Positions 19,383 to 28,173 of a DNA stretch of 64,000 nt are shown here, piece after piece. The DNA is taken from contig OY781964.1 of assembly GCA_963677485.1 (NCBI GenBank), positions 2,434,980 to 2,498,979 on the forward strand, read 5' to 3'. A program made the position numbers and the translations under genes. Numbering within the stretch: the stretch's first letter is position 1; every line of letters begins with the position of its first letter. The notes below the pieces were generated by a model. That model made no database searches, was not told the origin of the DNA, and saw nothing but the letters and a program-made list of their open reading frames with translations. Source of the stretch: Armatimonadota bacterium. GTDB lineage: Bacteria > Armatimonadota > HRBIN16.

Positions 19383-20495
19383 CTAATACTGAATGGTGCG
19401 ATCGGCACCTGCTCCATATCTTGCCACCTTCAACGTGCGTTGGAGCCGGTCTATTGTAAAAACATCCCAGGCGGTTTCATCGGCCGTATCATCTATTAAT
19501 GGCGTGGCCGTCGGTCCGATACCCACACCGCTTCGCGCGCAATGGCAGGCAATGTGCGTGATGCCCTGAATGACATCCACCTTATCGGTATGCACGTGAC
19601 CGTAGATGCAACCGATCAGCTCCATTGGCCCTTGAGCCCCAAAATCTACATCCAGTGAGTAGGCAAAGTCACCTTCTGACTGCTCCGAGTAGGGGGTGCC
19701 CGATTGCCAGGCCCGCAGTAAGCTCAGCATCGCCTGCGTGTTGTTTATGGCCAGGTCGCCTTCAAAAGTGAGGCTGAACTCCAGTGGAATATGGCTGAAG
19801 ATGAGCACGCTCCAATCCGAGCCATCCGGTTTATCGCTGAAATTCAAGGCGGTATGGGCTATCCAGTTCAGTTGCGCATTGGAGAAGCTGTATTCCCATT
19901 GGCCTAGAAACCTGGGTGATCCGTTCTCCTTCAGCGTATACGGTATGTCGATCACGTTTAAGAAGATGGCTCGGATTTTGGTGGCAGGCAAGTCGTAGTA
20001 GTAATACAAACCGTGCGGATGGAGCGGATCGAGCTGAGCGATACCCTCGATGTGTTGAAACAGGCGGGTATACTCGTCAACCGGATATACAGTGTTTGCA
20101 TGCGAAGGCTCCGGGTTTTCGTTGTGGTCGTATATCGTATTGTCATCGTGGTTGCCCTTCACAGGAAAAATCGGCAAACCCGTGACCTCGGCCCGCATCA
20201 GCGCTGCCAATTCCTCGTAATAGCTCAATACATTCTCACGGGGACCATTTTGTATGAAGTCGCCGCCAACGGCCACGAATAATACCGGGACACTTTGCAC
20301 CAGCCGGCCCAATGCGGCGAAGCTGTGCATGACAGGCTGGCATTGATGGTAATAGTGCAGGTCGCTGATGAACGCAAATGAGGCTGTGTCAGGAGTTTGG
20401 TGGCTGAGAACGGCCTGCACGGTTTCATTAAGTTCGGCGTCCGAATGTGAAGGCAAACAAGAGTGTGGCACGTAGACCCTCCCGGTAGATGGCAA
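19383..20495 (-). CDS. Metallophosphoesterase (calcineurin-like phosphoesterase).
   Basis: Motifs GDFIQNG, GNHDDN and GHVH. The first in-frame Met is at 20495. Confidence 0.75.
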   Translation of the reverse strand: MPSTGRVYVPHSCLPSHSDAELNETVQAVLSHQTPDTASFAFISDLHYYHQCQPVMHSFAALGRLVQSVPVLFVAVGGDFIQNGPRENVLSYYEELAALMRAEVTGLPIFPVKGNHDDNTIYDHNENPEPSHANTVYPVDEYTRLFQHIEGIAQLDPLHPHGLYYYYDLPATKIRAIFLNVIDIPYTLKENGSPRFLGQWEYSFSNAQLNWIAHTALNFSDKPDGSDWSVLIFSHIPLEFSLTFEGDLAINNTQAMLSLLRAWQSGTPYSEQSEGDFAYSLDVDFGAQGPMELIGCIYGHVHTDKVDVIQGITHIACHCARSGVGIGPTATPLIDDTADETAWDVFTIDRLQRTLKVARYGAGADRTIQY

Positions 20496-20690
20496 ATATG
20501 GTGTTCAGCACCGTCGTCATGCTGTTGATATGACTGTATCACACTGCGGTCGTGCCGTCAAAACGCAGATGCGGTGTGTGTGCCATGGTGTATGATCTTC
20601 GGGCAAGGAAGGCGTCCATTACAGAACAACACGAACACAAATGAGCTCTTCTGAGTCATATAAGAGACGAAACGCCGTGTAAGCAGCTGG

Positions 20691-20775
20691 TCGTAGGGGC
20701 CGTGCCTTGTGCCGGCACTAACAAATATCGTATGAACAACGATTAGGACCACCACAAGGGTGACCCCTACGACAG
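20691..20775. other. Structured element in the divergent intergenic region. A 10-bp long-range inverted repeat GTCGTAGGGG...CCCCTACGAC encloses the perfect palindrome GTGCCGGCAC.
   Basis: Seen directly. It could be a 5'-leader structure or an sRNA; the strand is unknown. Confidence 0.3.
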
Positions 20776-20896
20776 CATCAGTTACAGCCTGGGCTGCCGT
20801 GTCAGCACGAGCAGGTGATTCCCGCTGGGTGTCATTTTATGTGACGAAATGCGGCATAGTGTATATATTTGGTGGATGTGGTATACTTACGTCTTG

Positions 20897-21658
20897 ATGG
20901 TACATAACGTCTTTACCAAACCACAGCGCGTTGGCCTGCTTGGAATCGGCACCGATCCTGTTACCATGGAACAGGCCATTCAGCTCATCCAGTATTTTAT
21001 CGAAGAGGGCCAGCCTCATCACATCGTCACATGCGATGCCAGTATGGTGGTGATGGCTCAGGCTGATTCTGTTCTTGGTGATATCGTGCGCAGAGCCGCG
21101 CTTGTCACCCCTGACTCCATCGGCATTCTCTGGGCTTGCAAGAAATTGGCCACCGCGATGCCGGAGCGCGTGAGTGGGGTAGACATTGTTCAGCGGCTGG
21201 TGGCACTTAGTGCGCAGTCCAATGGGCCGCGTCTTTTCTTTTTGGGGGCTGCACCCGGCATTGCCGATGCTGCGGCTGAGCGTATGAGGGTGATTTACCC
21301 TGGAGCTCAGATTGTGGGTAGTGCTCATGGTTATTTCTCGGAATCCGATGAGCCTGAGGTCATAAAGGCGATCCAGGCGGCGAAACCTGATGTGCTTTGC
21401 GTTGCACTCGGGATACCGAAGCAAGAAAAATGGATTGATAAACACGCAAATAAACTAGGAGTGCCTGTTTTAATCGGCGTTGGGGGTACATTTGATGTAT
21501 TATCCGGCCGTGTGAAACGGGCACCCAAGCTGTTTCAGACACTCAATATCGAATGGGTATGGCGGTTAGCCAGTAACCCATCTAAAATAGCGAAAGTGAG
21601 TCTGCTGCCCAGGTTTGCCTGGATGGTGCTCACTGCAAAGCAACCAAAAGGTGATTAG
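20897..21658 (+). CDS. WecB/TagA/CpsF-family glycosyltransferase.
   Basis: LLGIGTDPVTMEQAIQLI...ALGIPKQEKWI...VLIGVGGTFDVLSGRVKRAPK is the family signature. The ATG at 20897 is in frame with the ORF-track start at 20849. Confidence 0.85.
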   Translation: MVHNVFTKPQRVGLLGIGTDPVTMEQAIQLIQYFIEEGQPHHIVTCDASMVVMAQADSVLGDIVRRAALVTPDSIGILWACKKLATAMPERVSGVDIVQRLVALSAQSNGPRLFFLGAAPGIADAAAERMRVIYPGAQIVGSAHGYFSESDEPEVIKAIQAAKPDVLCVALGIPKQEKWIDKHANKLGVPVLIGVGGTFDVLSGRVKRAPKLFQTLNIEWVWRLASNPSKIAKVSLLPRFAWMVLTAKQPKGD

Positions 21659-21660
21659 AT

Positions 21661-22140
21661 ATGGGGCAGGAGATCATCCTCACTCAAGACGGCTACGATA
21701 AACTGCATGCCGAGATAGAACAACTTCGAAATGTCGGCAGGCCTGAGATATCAGAACGAATTCGCCAGGCACGTCTTCTGGGCGACCTTAGCGAAAACTT
21801 CGACTATCAAGACGCCAAACACCAACAGGGACTGATGGAAGCACGCATCAATGAACTGAAGGCTATGCTTGAAAATGCCCGCATCGTGGCAGGGGCCACC
21901 GATAACGGTGTGGTAGGGATAGGTTCACTGGTTTCCGTGAAAGACGAATTCGAAGACGAATACACGATCAAACTGGTTGATACCATCGACCCGGAAAATG
22001 AGCAGGACATCGATATAGACTACGTCTCAGCCGATTCCCCCATGGGGCGTGTGCTGATTGGCAAGAAGCAGGGTGCTTCCATCACTGTAGAGGGTGAAGG
22101 CCGTTCTTTTGATATCGAAATCCTCTCCGTCAGCCTCTAG
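21661..22140 (+). CDS. greA: Transcription elongation factor GreA.
   Basis: 159 aa. LTQDGYDKLHAEIEQL...DLSENFDYQDAKHQQGLMEARINEL... is a canonical GreA. Confidence 0.93.
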   Translation: MGQEIILTQDGYDKLHAEIEQLRNVGRPEISERIRQARLLGDLSENFDYQDAKHQQGLMEARINELKAMLENARIVAGATDNGVVGIGSLVSVKDEFEDEYTIKLVDTIDPENEQDIDIDYVSADSPMGRVLIGKKQGASITVEGEGRSFDIEILSVSL

Positions 22141-22144
22141 CGAG

Positions 22145-23314
22145 GTGCGTGAACTCCCGCGCCTTCCGCACTTCACGGTCACAGCCCGCTCACACCGGGC
22201 CCGTTGCGGAGAACTCACACTACCGCACGGCCTGGTAGAAACACCAGTTTTCATGCCCGTTGGCACGCAAGGTACCGTGAAAGCCATGACCCAGGAAGAG
22301 CTTGTCCAACTGGACTTCCCCATCATTTTGTGCAACACCTACCACACCTATCTTCGCCCTGGTCATGAGCTGATTGCTCGTGCGGGGGGGCTGCATGGGT
22401 TTATCAACTGGCAGGGGAATATCCTGACCGACTCTGGCGGGTTTCAGGTGTTTTCGCTGCAGGAGCTGCGCACCATCAGTGAGCACGGTGTGGAGTTTAA
22501 GAGCCACCTTGATGGATCCAAGCACCTGTTCACCCCCGAACGTGCCGTACGCATCCAAGGCGCGCTGGGCAGCGATATCATGATGGCTTTTGATCAACTA
22601 GCCGCCAACCCCTGCACCAAGCAGCAGTCGGCTGAAGCAATGGAGCGCACCCACCGGTGGGCAAAGCGCTGCGTGGACGAATGGCATACGGCCCGTGAGG
22701 AGTGGCAGCGCGGAGAGAACGAGATGCTTCCCAACCCGGGACAGGTTTTGTTCGGCATCGTGCAGGGTGGGATATACGACGATCTGCGGCAGCAAAGTGC
22801 GGAAGCCATCGCGGAACTGGACACGCCCGGCATCGCGATCGGCGGTGTGGCGGTGGGTGAGGAGAAGGCGCTGATCTTCAGCACGGTGGAGTACACCACG
22901 CCCCTTCTACCGGACCACAAACCGCGCTACCTGATGGGTGTGGGCGAACCGGATGATATCCTGCACGCCGTGAGCTGTGGTGTGGACATGTTCGACTGCG
23001 TGCTGCCCACGCGGCTTGCCCGCAACGCCGCTATGATGACGCACTACGGCCGGGTGAACCTGCGCAACAGTAAATACAAAGAGCAGTTCACACCGGTTGA
23101 CGATCTGTGTGATTGCCAGGTGTGCCGGAACTACTCCGCAGCGTATATACATCACCTGTTCCAGGCCAAAGAGATACTGGCGGCCCGTTTGGCTACCTTC
23201 CACAACCTTTACTTCTTGCACCAGCTCATGGCAGACATCCGCGTAGCCATACGGGCGGAACGTCTGGATGCCTTTGCCGCGGAGTTCCTCAGCCTCTACC
23301 AAGCGGCCCAATAA
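22145..23314 (+). CDS. tgt: tRNA-guanine transglycosylase (queuine tRNA-ribosyltransferase).
   Basis: FTVTARSHRARCGELTLPHGLVETPVFMPVGTQGTVK aligns with the Tgt N-terminus. DSGGFQV, MAFDQ and CxCxxC (CDCQVC) motifs are present. The probable start is GTG at 22145, directly after the greA stop; the ORF-track start at 22094 overlaps greA and is rejected. Confidence 0.88.
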   Translation: MRELPRLPHFTVTARSHRARCGELTLPHGLVETPVFMPVGTQGTVKAMTQEELVQLDFPIILCNTYHTYLRPGHELIARAGGLHGFINWQGNILTDSGGFQVFSLQELRTISEHGVEFKSHLDGSKHLFTPERAVRIQGALGSDIMMAFDQLAANPCTKQQSAEAMERTHRWAKRCVDEWHTAREEWQRGENEMLPNPGQVLFGIVQGGIYDDLRQQSAEAIAELDTPGIAIGGVAVGEEKALIFSTVEYTTPLLPDHKPRYLMGVGEPDDILHAVSCGVDMFDCVLPTRLARNAAMMTHYGRVNLRNSKYKEQFTPVDDLCDCQVCRNYSAAYIHHLFQAKEILAARLATFHNLYFLHQLMADIRVAIRAERLDAFAAEFLSLYQAAQ

Positions 23315-23390
23315 CGCGCTGCCCATCGCCTTCCTCGCCGCATTACCCACAGATGAAGGAACCTGCTCCGGTAGTGGTGAATATGTTGGC

Positions 23391-23960
23391 ATGAAGGCTG
23401 TGATCATCGATGGAAATATGGACCCCTCACCCACGACGGGCACCGTGATACACTGCTTGGAACCCTTGCTGGTGAGCAACGGGTATCAGGTGAGCACCAT
23501 CACGCTGCGTGAGATGAGCGTTCAGGCCTGCACGATGTGCCAGCAGTGCTCCATCACGGGAGAGTGGAAATGCACACATGGCGACGAATGGCCATTGATT
23601 GCGAAAGGCGCGAAGTCAGCCGATCTGCTGCTGTTGCTTTCACCCATTAGCTTTGGCGGGCACTGCTCGCTGATGAAGAGCTTCCTGGACAGGCTGTTAT
23701 ACAATCTGTCACCTAACTACATGCGCCATCAAACCGCCGCTGCTCCTGGCCGGAGTTCCCACAGCATCCCACGCATCTGCACAGTAGGGATGCTGGTTGG
23801 TGCAGACCCTGAGCAGGAGACCACCTTCACGGAGCTTTGCCGCCGGAACGGATTGAGTTTCGGCTGCCTTCGCTGCAGCTCAATCGTGATGAGTAACCTG
23901 CCGCCCCAGCGCGTGCTGCTCAAACAAATGAAGCAGTTGCTGGAAGGGGTGGCGGGTTGA
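23391..23960 (+). CDS. Flavodoxin-like fold NAD(P)H-dependent FMN reductase / iron-sulfur flavoprotein-like protein.
   Basis: MKAVIIDGN... opening; a CTMCQQC...C cysteine cluster; LLLLSPISFGGHCSLMKSFLDRL. The ATG at 23391 is taken as the start. Confidence 0.6.
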   Translation: MKAVIIDGNMDPSPTTGTVIHCLEPLLVSNGYQVSTITLREMSVQACTMCQQCSITGEWKCTHGDEWPLIAKGAKSADLLLLLSPISFGGHCSLMKSFLDRLLYNLSPNYMRHQTAAAPGRSSHSIPRICTVGMLVGADPEQETTFTELCRRNGLSFGCLRCSSIVMSNLPPQRVLLKQMKQLLEGVAG

Positions 23961-24598
23961 GTTTCCCAGATGCACTGATTGTGGTGGGTAGCCCAAGGCC
24001 TGGCGGAGGCACTTCAGGCTCATTGGCTGCTGACCTCAGCAAAGGGCTGAGCCGCTACGGTCTGCGCTGTGAGACGGTGAATGTGGAGCAGGCGGTCAAG
24101 CTGATATACGAGCGCGAATCGACCATCGAAATGCTGAACAAATGCCGACTGCTGATATTTAGTTTTCCCACCTACACCGATGCTCCGCCGGCCATCATGA
24201 TGCGCTTGATGGAGATCATCGCCAGCCGGCGGGCCGATGGCAGCTACACCGGCCAGCCCGATTTTGTGGCGATTGCGAATGGCGGATTTCCAGAAGCGGC
24301 GCATAACGCCGTGAGCTTGCGCATCTGCCGTTGTTTCGCTGGTCAGGCGGGATTGAATTGGCTGGGCGGGCTGAGTGTGCCGGAGGGGCTGGCCATCAAC
24401 GGCATTCCGCTGGAGCAGCTCGGTCGCATGGCATTGGGCGTACGCAAAGCGTTAGCGCTTACCAGCTTCGCATTGGCCAGACGCCAGCCCATCCCCGCGC
24501 AGGCCATTGAGCTGATGGCCCGCCCGATGATCCCCCCGGCGGTCTATTCGCTGCTGGGCCGCATGGGCTGGCCGAAGAAGTCGCGCGGCCAGGCGTAG
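23957..24598 (+). CDS. Flavodoxin-like NAD(P)H-dependent oxidoreductase (second tandem copy).
   Basis: ALIVVGSPRPGGGTSGSLAADL...LLIFSFPTYTDAPPAIMMRLMEII. The TTG start overlaps the previous stop (TTGA), suggesting translational coupling. Confidence 0.6.
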   Translation: MSFPDALIVVGSPRPGGGTSGSLAADLSKGLSRYGLRCETVNVEQAVKLIYERESTIEMLNKCRLLIFSFPTYTDAPPAIMMRLMEIIASRRADGSYTGQPDFVAIANGGFPEAAHNAVSLRICRCFAGQAGLNWLGGLSVPEGLAINGIPLEQLGRMALGVRKALALTSFALARRQPIPAQAIELMARPMIPPAVYSLLGRMGWPKKSRGQA

Positions 24599-24633
24599 AT
24601 CCTGCGGTTTACCCGAAACGGGAGATTAGCATC

Positions 24634-24890
24634 CATGACCACATTGCCGCGACATAAATATCAGTCTATTACCCACAAATATTGCATGGCCAGTAGGTCA
24701 CCGATTCCGCGACATAAATGTCTCGGCTATTGAACACTAAGACTGCTGAAGCAGTCTTCATTAACGTTATCTATGTCGGCAAGGAGCTCCGCAGCCCGGT
24801 TTAGCGGGCTTGTTGATCAATAGCCGAGACATTTATGTCGCGGCACATGGTCGAAACGATCCCAACTGGATTTGTGGGTAATAAACTGGG
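24634..24890. repeat. Nested palindromic element. It has 27-bp perfect inverted arms CCGCGACATAAATGTCTCGGCTATTGA, an outer TTACCCACAAAT/ATTTGTGGGTAA pair, inner hairpins AAGACTGCTGAAGCAGTCTT and AGCCCGGTTTAGCGGGCT, and a third variant copy of the arm.
   Basis: Seen directly in sequence. It sits about 300 bp upstream of dinB. Confidence 0.8.
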
Positions 24891-24970
24891 TTCCTGCACC
24901 GCACGGCTAATCATTAGCGGCCGGCGTCGCTTCGCTCCGGCCGGCGCAAGGAGGGTCTTGTTCGCGAAAC

Positions 24971-25044
24971 CAGTCTTCCTGGCTAACCGCCAGAACGGCG
25001 CGGTCATGAGCTTTCTGCTGCCGCTAGCCTGCGCACAGACCGCC
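24971..25044. repeat. REP/MITE-like element, partial right half (...AGAACGGCGCGGTCATGAG...CAGACCGCCCCGGACATGG).
   Basis: Matches the right inverted repeat and the inner right arm of the family. Confidence 0.7.
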
Positions 25045-25090
25045 CCGGACATGGCCAATTGGGCTGCGGTGGTCATCACCCAATCTGCGT

Positions 25091-25172
25091 CATCTGTGTA
25101 ATCTGTGGATGACCCTCCCCCTTCGCTTCTTCGCACTACCCCCCAATCTGCTATACTTGAACATATAGCGAC
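25091..25172. repeat. Word-repeat island W4 (CAATCTGCGTCATCTGTGTAATCTGTGGATGACCCTCCCCC...CCCCCAATCTGC).
   Basis: Shares the AATCTGCG...TCTGTGTAATCTGTGGAT module with 26531-26564 and 62771-62800. Confidence 0.7.
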
Positions 25173-25191
25173 CACCACAACAGACCAACGG

Positions 25192-26403
25192 ATGCGAAAC
25201 ACCATGGGAACACCTGACAGGATCATCTTTCTGCTTGATATGGATGCGTTCTTTGCCAGCGTGGAGGAACGGGAAGAGCCTGATCTGAAGGGGCATCCCG
25301 TCATTGTGGTCGGCAGCCCAAGCCCCCGCGCGGTGGTGTGTGCCGCCAACTATGAGGTTCGCAGATATGGGGTGCATTCCGCCATGGCCTACAGCCGGGC
25401 GATGCGCCTCTGCCCTCACGCCAAAGTGATCACGGCACGCCCGGAGCTCTATCGGGCGACCTCCCGCCGCATCTTCGCGATCTGCGAGACATTTACCGAT
25501 CTGGTGGAGATATCATCCATCGACGAGTGCTATCTGGACATGGCTCCCACAGCAGAGCGGTTTGGCGGGGCTGTGGAGGCTGCCAGGGCGCTCAAGAACC
25601 GCATCCGCACAGAAGAACGGCTCACACGCACCATTGGCATCGCCCCGAACAAGATGCTGGCCAAACTGGCTGCTGGCATGAAGAAGCCCGATGGGCTATT
25701 TCAGATCACCGCACAGGATGTCCCCCGCCTGCTCGCGGATCTGCCCGTTGGTGAGATCAACGGGATCGGCGACAAAACCGCGGCCAAGCTGAAGTCCATA
25801 GGCGTGAGCACTGCAGGGACATTGGCCACTATTGATAGATCGGTTCTGTGCAGAATGTTCGGGAAGACTGGCGACTGGCTGGCGGACGTCAGCCGCGGCA
25901 TCGACCATTCGCCGGTCGTGCCCTACTACAACAGCCCAGCGCCCAAATCGGTCAGCAACGAACACACGCTTGAGAACAACACCCACGACATGGAGCTGCT
26001 CCGACGCACTTTACGATCCCTGTCTGAGCAAGTTGCCAGCAGTCTGCGGAAGAGCGGGCTGTCCGCGAAGACCGTGGGGCTGACGCTGCGTTACAGCAAC
26101 TTTGAACGCATCACCCGCAGCAAGACGCTCAATGACACCACCGATGATGGCCTCGTGATATACCAGTCGATACTGCCGTTACTGGATGCCGCGATGAAGA
26201 ACTCCAGGTCGGTGCGTTTGATTGGGGTATTTACGGGGAACCTCACCCAGGGAGCCACCCAGCATGGTCTGTTTGACAACCCGAAACTGAAAAGTCTCAC
26301 CGATGCCGTGGATGCCATGAACGACAAGCTGGGCAAGATCGCCGTGAAACCCGCCTCCCTTGTGAACATCGACCAGGATGACCACATCACCTTCCAGGGG
26401 TGA
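25192..26403 (+). CDS. dinB: DNA polymerase IV (Y-family, DinB).
   Basis: RIIFLLDMDAFFASVE...VIVVGSP...RAVVCAANYEVRRYGVHSAM...SIDECYLDM is a canonical Y-family palm. Start at ATG 25192 (or 25204); the ORF-track start at 25105 lies inside the repeats. Confidence 0.9.
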   Translation: MRNTMGTPDRIIFLLDMDAFFASVEEREEPDLKGHPVIVVGSPSPRAVVCAANYEVRRYGVHSAMAYSRAMRLCPHAKVITARPELYRATSRRIFAICETFTDLVEISSIDECYLDMAPTAERFGGAVEAARALKNRIRTEERLTRTIGIAPNKMLAKLAAGMKKPDGLFQITAQDVPRLLADLPVGEINGIGDKTAAKLKSIGVSTAGTLATIDRSVLCRMFGKTGDWLADVSRGIDHSPVVPYYNSPAPKSVSNEHTLENNTHDMELLRRTLRSLSEQVASSLRKSGLSAKTVGLTLRYSNFERITRSKTLNDTTDDGLVIYQSILPLLDAAMKNSRSVRLIGVFTGNLTQGATQHGLFDNPKLKSLTDAVDAMNDKLGKIAVKPASLVNIDQDDHITFQG

Positions 26404-26424
26404 GGGGCTGGGCGGATATATTAT

Positions 26425-26564
26425 CTGAACCACGGATTAACCGGATGGCAAACTTGGCCCCTTTGCGTTATGTTCCCCGCCATTCGTGTTCCTTCGTGTG
26501 AATTCGTGGTTAAGAACCTCCCCAGTCAATCCCAAATCTGCGCACTCTGTGTAATCTGTGGATA
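26425..26564. repeat. Word-repeat island W5 (CTGAACCACGGATTAACCGGATGG...CATTCGTGTTCCTTCGTGTGAATTCGTGGTTAAG...AATCTGCGCACTCTGTGTAATCTGTGGAT).
   Basis: Modules are shared with W3, W4, W6 and W9. Confidence 0.8.
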
Positions 26565-26569
26565 TAAAC

Positions 26570-27433
26570 CTACCCCTTCACCAGCCGCAGCAGACAAACC
26601 TCAGGCCGGCAGCCGAACCGCAGCCAGACGGGCCCACGGCCCACGGTGCCCACCCCGCGGCCCACATACAGCGTGGGCTGAGGCATGGGCCGCCCCAGCC
26701 GCCTGGCGATGGTGCCGGGTGATACCAGACCATCAGCAAGCCAGCCGCCCAGGCGGGTGTGGCTGTATAAAGCGTGCAGGAAGGGCAGCCGCACCTGACC
26801 ACCATGGGTGTGGCCGCTGAGGATGAGCTCAAACTGGCTGCAGCGCTCATCTTCCAGGATGTCCGGCGAGTGCGAAATCAACAGACGCAGATCGGCGGCC
26901 TCACCGAGTGGGGGCAGCACCTCACCCAGCCGCGCGGAGTGCAGGAAGGCATCATCCACACCGCCTATCCAGATCGCACTACTGCGATCCGGCAGGGTCA
27001 GCTTGTAGGACTGGTTCTCCAGCACGGTCACCCCAGCCTGCCGCATCTTCTCGCGCAGATGCGGCCAGGTCTGGGCGATGTCATGCTTATGCTCGGTGTT
27101 GCCTTTCACCGCAAAAGCACCCAGCCGGGGTTTCGCGGCGTGGACTATCCGCATCAGCGGCTCGATCCCGCTGGCGGAGTTGGCAAAATCGCCATCCAGA
27201 ACCAGCAGGTCATACTCACAGCTCTGCAGAAGCTTCAGGGTGCGTCTCTCAAGGAAACTCCAACGGGTGGTATGAAGGTCGGAAAGCAGCAGGATGCTCA
27301 GCCCATCCAGAGCGGTCGGTAACTGCGGGAGTGGGATGTCGCGCCGAGTCAGATGCAGCAGTCTGGGTTCCACCAGCGCACCATATGCGTAACAGCCCAG
27401 CAATAAACTACAAACAGCCTGCAGTGGGTTCAT
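26570..27433 (-). CDS. Metallophosphoesterase (calcineurin-like, YkuE-type).
   Basis: Motifs LLSDLH, VLDGDF, GNTEHK and SGHTHGGQVRLPF. Confidence 0.8.
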   Translation of the reverse strand: MNPLQAVCSLLLGCYAYGALVEPRLLHLTRRDIPLPQLPTALDGLSILLLSDLHTTRWSFLERRTLKLLQSCEYDLLVLDGDFANSASGIEPLMRIVHAAKPRLGAFAVKGNTEHKHDIAQTWPHLREKMRQAGVTVLENQSYKLTLPDRSSAIWIGGVDDAFLHSARLGEVLPPLGEAADLRLLISHSPDILEDERCSQFELILSGHTHGGQVRLPFLHALYSHTRLGGWLADGLVSPGTIARRLGRPMPQPTLYVGRGVGTVGRGPVWLRFGCRPEVCLLRLVKG

Positions 27434-28173
27434 GCCTCGGCACCTTCAACGGGCTTGTGGATGATCGCAGCGATGCTGACGCCCCAGGGCAGGTTCACGT
27501 GGTCTAGCAACTGCAGCTCAAGCTGCTGGATTTGGATGAGCAGCCGGTTGAGCCAGGCAGGCAGCCGCGGGATGTGCGCCTGCGGGCCGGAGGCGTCTTT
27601 ACGCCGCAGCAGGCGGGTGATCACCGCAAATGGGAACAGCAGCCAGAGCGCGTAACTGGTGCGGGTGATGTGGAACCCAGCCGTGGCGCATCGTGCGGCT
27701 AGCTGAGGGGCGGTGTATCGGCGATGGTGCATCAGTGCCAGATCATGCTCGCTCCATAGTAGTCCGAAGGCGGGCACGGTGATGACTGCAAACCCTCCCG
27801 GTTTAAGCACGCGGTAGAACTCCTGCAGAGCGGCGATGTCATCTTCAAGGTGCTCCAGGATGTCCGTGGCCACAATCACGTCAATGGAGTCTGCGCGCAG
27901 CGGAAGGTGCTCTGCTTTCGCCTTCATCAAGCCCGTCAGCTCGCGTTGGAGGCAGCAGCCCAAAGCCAGCGGCGACAGATCAATGCCGATCACGCGACCA
28001 AACGGCAGCAGTTGCTGCATGGTGGCACCGGTGCCGCAGCCGATATCGCAGAGCACTAATGGTTTGGGGGGACGAACAGACTGGATGAACTGGCAGACTA
28101 ACTGGCGTCGGCTGACATACCACCAGTATCTGTCCTCGTGATCGAACATGCGCTGGTACTCAGCTGGATTCAT
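27430..28173 (-). CDS. Class I SAM-dependent methyltransferase.
   Basis: VLCDIGCGTGATM (motif I) and LKPGGFAVITVP. It overlaps the downstream gene by 4 nt. Confidence 0.85.
   Translation of the reverse strand: MNPAEYQRMFDHEDRYWWYVSRRQLVCQFIQSVRPPKPLVLCDIGCGTGATMQQLLPFGRVIGIDLSPLALGCCLQRELTGLMKAKAEHLPLRADSIDVIVATDILEHLEDDIAALQEFYRVLKPGGFAVITVPAFGLLWSEHDLALMHHRRYTAPQLAARCATAGFHITRTSYALWLLFPFAVITRLLRRKDASGPQAHIPRLPAWLNRLLIQIQQLELQLLDHVNLPWGVSIAAIIHKPVEGAEA

Noticed and set aside
22094-22144. The ORF-track start for tgt at 22094, which would overlap greA by 47 nt.
   Set aside because: The N-terminal extension (MKAVLLISKSSPSASSEVRELPRLP) has no counterpart in Tgt proteins. Alignment of FTVTARSHRARCGELTL with the Tgt N-terminus places the start at the in-frame GTG at 22145, right after the greA stop.
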